Positions 54,401 to 64,000 of a DNA stretch of 64,000 bases are shown here, piece by piece (position 1 is the stretch's first letter; each line of letters opens with the position of its first letter). The DNA is from Eledone cirrhosa. Its lineage: Eukaryota. Made by a program: the position numbers and the translations under genes. The notes below the pieces were generated by a model. That model was not told the DNA's origin. It did not search any database and saw nothing but the letters and a program-made list of their open reading frames with translations. Location of the stretch: contig CAXHJY010000598.1 in the NCBI GenBank assembly GCA_964016885.1, positions 49,312-113,311 on the forward strand. The letters are read 5' to 3'.

Positions 54401-57400
54401 GGGCCGGCCGCCCGTGGTCAGATCGATCTGTAATTACTGGTACATGTGCAGACACTCATTGGCTATGTGTGGCGTGAATTTCAGCAAGATATCTCCGTAA
54501 ATTCAATAGTTGTGGCTGTGGAACCAAACCGTGTTAAACGTCAACAAAGTCCGCCGGCGAATGGTGTGCTTCGAAGAAAACGAATCCAAAAATGACGATT
54601 TGCCGGCGGAGTTACCTTTTTAATCGCGGGCCGGCCGCCCGTGGTCGGATCGATCTGTAATTACTGGTACATGTGCAGACACTCATTGGCTATGTGTGGC
54701 GTGAATTTCAGCAAGATATCTCCGTAAAATCAATAGTTGTGGCTGTGGAACCAAACCGTGTTAAACGTCAACAATGTCCGCCGGCGAATGGTGTGCTTCG
54801 AAGAAAACGAATCCAAAAATGACGATTTGCCGGCGGAGTTACCTTTTCAATCGCGGGCCGGCCGCCCGTGGTCGGATCGATCTGTAATTACTGGTACATG
54901 TGCAGACACTCATTGGCTATGTGCGGCGTGAATTTCAGCAAGATATCTCCGTAAAATCAATAGTTGTGGCTGTGGAACCAAACCGTGTTAAACGTCAACA
55001 AAGTCCGCCGGCGAATGGTGTGCTTCGAAGAAAACGAATCCAAAAATGACGATTTGCCGGCGGAGTTACCTTTTCAATCGCGGGCCGGCCGCCCGTGGTC
55101 GGATCGATCTGTAATTACTGGTACATGTGCAGACACTCATTGGCTATGTGCGGCGTGAATTTCAGCAAGATATCTCCGTAAAATCAATAGTTGTGGCTGT
55201 GGAACCAAACCGTGTTAAACGTCAACAAAGTCCGCCGGCGAATGGTGTGCTTCGAAGAAAACGAATCCAAAAATGACGATTTGCCGGCGGAGTTACCTTT
55301 TCAATCGCGGGCCGGCCGCCCGTGGTCGGATCGATCTGTAATTACTGGTACATGTGCAGACACTCATTGGCTATGTGCGGCGTGAATTTCAGCAAGATAT
55401 CTCCGTAAAATCAATAGTTGTGGCTGTGGAACCAAACCGTGTTAAACGTCAACAAAGTCCGCCGGCGAATGGTGTGCTTCGAAGAAAACGAATCCAAAAA
55501 TGACGATTTGCCGGCGGAGTTACCTTTTCAATCGCGGGCCGGCCGCCCGTGGTCGGATCGATCTGTAATTACTGGTACATGTGCAGACACTCATTGGCTA
55601 TGTGCGGCGTGAATTTCAGCAAGATATCTCCGTAAAATCAATAGTTGTGGCTGTGGAACCAAACCGTGTTAAACGTCAACAAAGTCCGCCGGCGAATGGT
55701 GTGCTTCGAAGAAAACGAATCCAAAAATGACGATTTGCCGGCGGAGTTACCTTTTCAATCGCGGGCCGGCCGCCCGTGGTCGGATCGATCTGTAATTACT
55801 GGTACATGTGCAGACACTCATTGGCTATGTGTGGCGTGAATTTCAGCAAGATATCTCCGTAAAATCAATAGTTGTGGCTGTGGAACCAAACCGTGTTAAA
55901 CGTCAACAATGTCCGCCGGCGAATGGTGTGCTTCGAAGAAAACGAATCCAAAAATGACGATTTGCCGGCGGAGTTACCTTTTCAATCGCGGGCCGGCCGC
56001 CCGTGGTCGGATCGATCTGTAATTACTGGTACATGTGCAGACACTCATTGGCTATGTGCGGCGTGAATTTCAGCAAGATATCTCCGTAAAATCAATAGTT
56101 GTGGCTGTGGAACCAAACCGTGTTAAACGTCAACAAAGTCCGCCGGCGAATGGTGTGCTTCGAAGAAAACGAATCCAAAAATGACGATTTGCCGGCGGAG
56201 TTACCTTTTCAATCGCGGGCCGGCCGCCCGTGGTCGGATCGATCTGTAATTACTGGTACATGTGCAGACACTCATTGGCTATGTGCGGCGTGAATTTCAG
56301 CAAGATATCTCCGTAAAATCAATAGTTGTGGCTGTGGAACCAAACCGTGTTAAACGTCAACAAAGTCCGCCGGCGAATGGTGTGCTTCGAAGAAAACGAA
56401 TCCAAAAATGACGATTTGCCGGCGGAGTTACCTTTTCAATCGCGGGCCGGCCGCCCGTGGTCGGATCGATCTGTAATTACTGGTACATGTGCAGACACTC
56501 ATTGGCTATGTGCGGCGTGAATTTCAGCAAGATATCTCCGTAAAATCAATAGTTGTGGCTGTGGAACCAAACCGTGTTAAACGTCAACAAAGTCCGCCGG
56601 CGAATGGTGTGCTTCGAAGAAAACGAATCCAAAAATGACGATTTGCCGGCGGAGTTACCTTTTCAATCGCGGGCCGGCCGCCCGTGGTCGGATCGATCTG
56701 TAATTACTGGTACATGTGCAGACACTCATTGGCTATGTGCGGCGTGAATTTCAGCAAGATATCTCCGTAAAATCAATAGTTGTGGCTGTGGAACCAAACC
56801 GTGTTAAACGTCAACAAAGTCCGCCGGCGAATGGTGTGCTTCGAAGAAAACGAATCCAAAAATGACGATTTGCCGGCGGAGTTACCTTTTCAATCGCGGG
56901 CCGGCCGCCCGTGGTCGGATCGATCTGTAATTACTGGTACATGTGCAGACACTCATTGGCTATGTGTGGCGTGAATTTCAGCAAGATATCTCCGTAAAAT
57001 CAATAGTTGTGGCTGTGGAACCAAACCGTGTTAAACGTCAACAATGTCCGCCGGCGAATGGTGTGCTTCGAAGAAAACGAATCCAAAAATGACGATTTGC
57101 CGGCGGAGTTACCTTTTCAATTGCGGGCCGGCCGCCCGTGGTCGGATCGATCTGTAATTACTGGTACATGTGCAGACACTCATTGGCTATGTGCGGCGTG
57201 AATTTCAGCAAGATATCTCCGTAAAATCAATAGTTGTGGCTGTGGAACCAAACCGTGTTAAACGTCAACAAAGTCCGCCGGCGAATGGTGTGCTTCGAAG
57301 AAAACGAATCCAAAAATGACGATTTGCCGGCGGAGTTACCTTTTCAATCGCGGGCCGGCCGCCCGTGGTCGGATCGATCTGTAATTACTGGTACATGTGC

Positions 57401-60400
57401 AGACACTCATTGGCTATGTGGGGCGTGAATTTCAGCAAGATATCTCCGTTAATTCAATAGTTGTGGCTGTGGAACCAAACCGTGTTAAACGTCAACAAAG
57501 TCCGCCGGCGAATGGTGTGCTTCGAAGAAAACGAATCCAAAAATGACGATTTGCCGGCGGAGTTACCTTTTCAATCGCGGGCCGGCCGCCCGTGGTCGGA
57601 TCGATCTGTAATTACTGGTACATGTGCAGACACTCATTGGCTATGTGTGGCGTGAATTTCAGCAAGATATCTCCGTAAAATCAATAGTTGTGGCTGTGGA
57701 ACCAAACCGTGTTAAACGTCAACAAAGTCCGCCGGCGAATGGTGTGCTTCGAAGAAAACGAATCCAAAAATGACGATTTGCCGGCGGAGTTACCTTTTCA
57801 ATCGCGGGCCGGCCGCCCGTGGTCGGATCGATCTGTAATTACTGGTACATGTGCAGACACTCATTGGCTATGTGCGGCGTGAATTTCAGCAAGATATCTC
57901 CGTAAAATCAATAGTTGTGGCTGTGGAACCAAAACGTGTTAAACGTCAACAAAGTCCGCCGGCGAATGGTGTGCTTCGAAGAAAACGAATCCAAAAATGA
58001 CGATTTGCCGGCGGAGTTACCTTTTCAATCGCGGGCCGGCCGCCCGTGGTCGGATCGATCTGTAATTACTGGTACATGTGCAGACACTCATTGGCTATGT
58101 GTGGCGTGAATTTCAGCAAGATATCTCCGTAAATTCAATAGTTGTGGCTGTGGAACCAAACCGTGTTAAACGTCAACAAAGTCCGCCGGCGAATGGTGTG
58201 CTTCGAAGAAAACGAATCCAAAAATGACGATTTGCCGGCGGAGTTACCTTTTCAATCGCGGGCCGGCCGCCCGTGGTCGGATCGATCTGTAATTACTGGT
58301 ACATGTGCAGACACTCATTGGCTATGTGCGGCGTGAATTTCAGCAAGATATCTCCGTAAAATCAATAGTTGTGGCTGTGGAACCAAACCGTGTTAAACGT
58401 CAACAAAGTCCGCCGGCGAATGGTGTGCTTCGAAGAAAACGAATCCAAAAATGACGATTTGCCGGCGGAGTTACCTTTTCAATCGCGGGCCGGCCGCCCG
58501 TGGTCGGATCGATCTGTAATTACTGGTACATGTGCAGACACTCATTGGCTATGTGTGGCGTGAATTTCAGCAAGATATCTCCGTGAATTCAATAGTTGTG
58601 GCTGTGGAACCAAACCGTGTTAAACGTCAACAAAGTCCGCCGGCGAATGGTGTGCTTCGAAGAAAACGAATCCAAAAATGACGATTTGCCGGCGGAGTTA
58701 CCTTTTCAATCGCGGACCGGCCGCCCGTGGTCGGATCGATCTGTAATTACTGGTACATGTGCAGACACTCATTGGCTATGTGCGGCGTGAATTTCAGCAA
58801 GATATCTCCGTAAAATCAATAGTTGTGGCTGTGGAACCAAACCGTGTTAAACGTCAACAAAGTCCGCCGGCGAATGGTGTGCTTCGAAGAAAACGAATCC
58901 AAAAATGACGATTTGCCGGCGGAGTTACCTTTTCAATCGCGGGCCGGCCGCCCGTGGTCGGATCGATCTGTAATTACTGGTACATGTGCAGACACTCATT
59001 GGCTATGTGTGGCGTGAATTTCAGCAAGATATCTCCGTAAAATCAATAGTTGTGGCTGTGGAACCAAACCGTGTTAAACGTCAACAAAGTCCGCCGGCGA
59101 ATGGTGTGCTTCGAAGAAAACGAATCCAAAAATGACGATTTGCCGGCGGAGTTACCTTTTCAATCGCGGGCCGGCCGCCCGTGGTCGGATCGATCTGTAA
59201 TTACTGGTACATGTGCAGACACTCATTGGCTATGTGTGGCGTGAATTTCAGCAAGATATCTCCGTAAAATCAATAGTTGTGGCTGTGGAACCAAACCGTG
59301 TTAAACGTCAACAAAGTCCGCCGGCGAATGGTGTGCTTCGAAGAAAACGAATCCAAAAATGACGATTTGCCGGCGGAGTTACCTTTTCAATCGCGGGCCG
59401 GCCGCCCGTGGTCGGATAGATCTGTAATTACTGGTACATGTGCAGACACTCATTGGCTATGTGCGGCGTGAATTTCAGCAAGATATCTCCGTAAAATCAA
59501 TAGTTGTGGCTGTGGAACCAAACCGTGTTAAACGTCAACAAAGTCCGCCGGCGAATGGTGTGCTTCGAAGAAAACGAATCCAAAAATGACGATTTGCCGG
59601 CGGAGTTACCTTTTCAATCGCGGGCCGGCCGCCCGTGGTCGGATCGATCTGTAATTACTGGTACATGTGCAGACACTCATTGGCTATGTGTGGCGTGAAT
59701 TTCAGCAAGATATCTCCGTAAATTCAATAGTTGTGGCTGTGGAACCAAACCGTGTTAAACGTCAACAAAGTCCGCCGGCGAATGGTGTGCTTCGAAGAAA
59801 ACGAATCCAAAAATGACGATTTGCCGGCGGAGTTACCTTTTCAATCGCGGGCCGGCCGCCCGTGGTCGGATCGATCTGTAATTACTGGTACATGTGCAGA
59901 CACTCATTGGCTATGTGCGGCGTGAATTTCAGCAAGATATCTCCGTAAAATCAATAGTTGTGGCTGTGGAACCAAACCGTGTTAAACGTCAACAAAGTCC
60001 GCCGGCGAATGGTGTGCTTCGAAGAAAACGAATCCAAAAATGACGATTTGCCGGCGGAGTTACCTTTTCAATCGCGGGCCGGCCGCCCGTGGTCGGATCG
60101 ATCTGTAATTACTGGTACATGTGCAGACACTCATTGGCTATGTGTGGCGTGAATTTCAGCAAGATATCTCCGTGAATTCAATAGTTGTGGCTGTGGAACC
60201 AAACCGTGTTAAACGTCAACAAAGTCCGCCGGCGAATGGTGTGCTTCGAAGAAAACGAATCCAAAAATGACGATTTGCCGGCGGAGTTACCTTTTCAATC
60301 GCGGACCGGCCGCCCGTGGTCGGATCGATCTGTAATTACTGGTACATGTGCAGACACTCATTGGCTATGTGCGGCGTGAATTTCAGCAAGATATCTCCGT

Positions 60401-63400
60401 AAAATCAATAGTTGTGGCTGTGGAACCAAACCGTGTTAAACGTCAACAAAGTCCGCCGGCGAATGGTGTGCTTCGAAGAAAACGAATCCAAAAATGACGA
60501 TTTGCCGGCGGAGTTACCTTTTCAATCGCGGGCCGGCCGCCCGTGGTCGGATCGATCTGTAATTACTGGTACATGTGCAGACACTCATTGGCTATGTGCG
60601 GCGTGAATTTCAGCAAGATATCTCCGTAAAATCAATAGTTGTGGCTGTGGAACCAAACCGTGTTAAACGTCAACAAAGTCCGCCGGCGAATGGTGTGCTT
60701 CGAAGAAAACGAATCCAAAAATGACGATTTGCCGGCGGAGTTACCTTTTCAATCGCGGGCCGGCCGCCCGTGGTCGGATCGATCTGTAATTACTGGTACA
60801 TGTGCAGACACTCATTGGCTATGTGCGGCGTGAATTTCAGCAAGATATCTCCGTAAAATCAATAGTTGTGGCTGTGGAACCAAACCGTGTTAAACGTCAA
60901 CAAAGTCCGCCGGCGAATGGTGTGCTTCGAAGAAAACGAATCCAAAAATGACGATTTGCCGGCGGAGTTACCTTTTCAATCGCGGGCCGGCCGCCCGTGG
61001 TCGGATCGATCTGTAATTACTGGTACATGTGCAGACACTCATTGGCTATGTGTGGCGTGAATTTCAGCAAGATATCTCCGTAAAATCAATAGTTGTGGCT
61101 GTGGAACCAAACCGTGTTAAACGTCAACAATGTCCGCCGGCGAATGGTGTGCTTCGAAGAAAACGAATCCAAAAATGACGATTTGCCGGCGGAGTTACCT
61201 TTTCAATTGCGGGCCGGCCGCCCGTGGTCGGATCGATCTGTAATTACTGGTACATGTGCAGACACTCATTGGCTATGTGCGGCGTGAATTTCAGCAAGAT
61301 ATCTCCGTAAAATCAATAGTTGTGGCTGTGGAACCAAACCGTGTTAAACGTCAACAAAGTCCGCCGGCGAATGGTGTGCTTCGAAGAAAACGAATCCAAA
61401 AATGACGATTTGCCGGCGGAGTTACCTTTTCAATCGCGGGCCGGCCGCCCGTGGTCGGATCGATCTGTAATTACTGGTACATGTGCAGACACTCATTGGC
61501 TATGTGGGGCGTGAATTTCAGCAAGATATCTCCGTTAATTCAATAGTTGTGGCTGTGGAACCAAACCGTGTTAAACGTCAACAAAGTCCGCCGGCGAATG
61601 GTGTGCTTCGAAGAAAACGAATCCAAAAATGACGATTTGCCGGCGGAGTTACCTTTTCAATCGCGGGCCGGCCGCCCGTGGTCGGATCGATCTGTAATTA
61701 CTGGTACATGTGCAGACACTCATTGGCTATGTGTGGCGTGAATTTCAGCAAGATATCTCCGTAAAATCAATAGTTGTGGCTGTGGAACCAAACCGTGTTA
61801 AACGTCAACAAAGTCCGCCGGCGAATGGTGTGCTTCGAAGAAAACGAATCCAAAAATGACGATTTGCCGGCGGAGTTACCTTTTCAATCGCGGGCCGGCC
61901 GCCCGTGGTCGGATCGATCTGTAATTACTGGTACATGTGCAGACACTCATTGGCTATGTGCGGCGTGAATTTCAGCAAGATATCTCCGTAAAATCAATAG
62001 TTGTGGCTGTGGAACCAAAACGTGTTAAACGTCAACAAAGTCCGCCGGCGAATGGTGTGCTTCGAAGAAAACGAATCCAAAAATGACGATTTGCCGGCGG
62101 AGTTACCTTTTCAATCGCGGGCCGGCCGCCCGTGGTCGGATCGATCTGTAATTACTGGTACATGTGCAGACACTCATTGGCTATGTGTGGCGTGAATTTC
62201 AGCAAGATATCTCCGTAAAATCAATAGTTGTGGCTGTGGAACCAAACCGTGTTAAACGTCAACAAAGTCCGCCGGCGAATGGTGTGCTTCGAAGAAAACG
62301 AATCCAAAAATGACGATTTGCCGGCGGAGTTACCTTTTCAATCGCGGGCCGGCCGCCCGTGGTCGGATCGATCTGTAATTACTGGTACATGTGCAGACAC
62401 TCATTGGCTATGTGCGGCGTGAATTTCAGCAAGATATCTCCGTAAAATCAATAGTTGTGGCTGTGGAACCAAACCGTGTTAAACGTCAACAAAGTCCGCC
62501 GGCGAATGGTGTGCTTCGAAGAAAACGAATCCAAAAATGACGATTTGCCGGCGGAGTTACCTTTTCAATCGCGGGCCGGCCGCCCGTGGTCGGATCGATC
62601 TGTAATTACTGGTACATGTGCAGACACTCATTGGCTATGTGTGGCGTGAATTTCAGCAAGATATCTCCGTAAAATCAATAGTTGTGGCTGTGGAACCAAA
62701 CCGTGTTAAACGTCAACAAAGTCCGCCGGCGAATGGTGTGCTTCGAAGAAAACGAATCCAAAAATGACGATTTGCCGGCGGAGTTACCTTTTCAATCGCG
62801 GGCCGGCCGCCCGTGGTCGGATCGATCTGTAATTACTGGTACATGTGCAGACACTCATTGGCTATGTGCGGCGTGAATTTCAGCAAGATATCTCCGTAAA
62901 ATCAATAGTTGTGGCTGTGGAACCAAACCGTGTTAAACGTCAACAAAGTCCGCCGGCGAATGGTGTGCTTCGAAGAAAACGAATCCAAAAATGACGATTT
63001 GCCGGCGGAGTTACCTTTTCAATCGCGGGCCGGCCGCCCGTGGTCGGATCGATCTGTAATTACTGGTACATGTGCAGACACTCATTGGCTATGTGTGGCG
63101 TGAATTTCAGCAAGATATCTCCGTAAAATCAATAGTTGTGGCTGTGGAACCAAACCGTGTTAAACGTCAACAAAGTCCGCCGGCGAATGGTGTGCTTCGA
63201 AGAAAACGAATCCAAAAATGACGATTTGCCGGCGGAGTTACCTTTTCAATCGCGGGCCGGCCGCCCGTGGTCGGATCGATCTGTAATTACTGGTACATGT
63301 GCAGACACTCATTGGCTATGTGCGGCGTGAATTTCAGCAAGATATCTCCGTAAAATCAATAGTTGTGGCTGTGGAACCAAACCGTGTTAAACGTCAACAA

Positions 63401-64000
63401 AGTCCGCCGGCGAATGGTGTGCTTCGAAGAAAACGAATCCAAAAATGACGATTTGCCGGCGGAGTTACCTTTTCAATCGCGGGCCGGCCGCCCGTGGTCG
63501 GATAGATCTGTAATTACTGGTACATGTGCAGACACTCATTGGCTATGTGCGGCGTGAATTTCAGCAAGATATCTCCGTAAAATCAATAGTTGTGGCTGTG
63601 GAACCAAACCGTGTTAAACGTCAACAAAGTCCGCCGGCGAATGGTGTGCTTCGAAGAAAACGAATCCAAAAATGACGATTTGCCGGCGGAGTTACCTTTT
63701 CAATCGCGGGCCGGCCGCCCGTGGTCGGATCGATCTGTAATTACTGGTACATGTGCGGACACTCATTGGCTATGTGCGGCGTGAATTTCAGCAAGATATC
63801 TCCGTAAAATCAATAGTTGTGGCTGTGGAACCAAACCGTGTTAAACGTCAACAAAGTCCGCCGGCGAATGGTGTGCTTCGAAGAAAACGAATCCAAAAAT
63901 GACGATTTGCCGGCGGAGTTACCTTTTCAATCGCGGGCCGGCCGCCCGTGGTCGGATCGATCTGTAATTACTGGTACATGTGCAGACACTCATTGGCTAT

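Larger units (their letters stand above)
1..64000. repeat. 227-bp tandem satellite array, about 282 head-to-tail copies, extending beyond both window edges
   Basis: The monomer TCAGCAAGATATCTCCGTAAAATCAATAG...GGCTATGTG(C/T)GGCGTGAATT recurs with an exact 227-bp period; ORF starts 30, 257 ... 63590 all equal 30+227n. Copies carry only a few substitutions each. No indels, spacers or orientation switches were seen. Confidence 0.99.

Noticed and set aside
30-63784. Repeated 64-aa ORF (MWLWNQTVLNV...) as a tandem gene family
   Set aside because: It has a TTG start, no recognisable domain and only 32 bp between copies. A C141T nonsense allele is propagated in 28 copies (plus one G93T stop) and non-synonymous variants are freely tolerated. 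227 is not a multiple of 3, so there is no polyprotein.
1-64000. CRISPR array or integron-like cassette array
   Set aside because: There are no variable spacers or cassettes; the whole period is near-identical and no cas or integrase genes are present.
1-64000. Rolling-circle, sequencing concatemer or synthetic polylinker artefact
   Set aside because: Variants are linked, recurrent, hierarchically duplicated and regionally structured with no random indels, which fits a biologically evolved array. The restriction-site-like palindromes do not match a polylinker I know.
1-64000. C/T pattern at m217 as an information-bearing code or programmed diversification
   Set aside because: The pattern is explained by block duplication of linked haplotypes, and no associated enzyme or template region is present.

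Overview
The whole 64,000-bp window is one uninterrupted head-to-tail tandem array of a 227-bp monomer: 281 complete copies plus 213 bp, about 49-50% GC and CpG-rich. It has no unique sequence, no inversions and no net change in period, since every ORF start falls at 30+227n. Copies differ only by point substitutions at roughly 20 monomer positions. This looks like a young, highly homogenised eukaryotic satellite (centromeric or pericentromeric type); I cannot identify the organism or family. The repeated 64-aa TTG-start ORF is best explained as a by-product of the repeat, and I found no credible protein or RNA genes. Monomer variants reveal hidden higher-order structure: a 6-mer HOR, nested 11-mer and 29-mer duplications, dispersed block duplications and three haplotype domains. 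The monomer itself has a 13-bp inverted repeat around a CENP-B-box-like motif, a run of abutting palindromes, helically phased A-tracts, and a minus-strand splice-donor plus Sm-like site that loosely resembles an SL-RNA layout (speculative). Monomer positions (m1-m227) use window position 1 as m1, and copy n (0-based) starts at 1+227n. Variants were read by eye and from the ORF track, so rare synonymous changes may have been missed.
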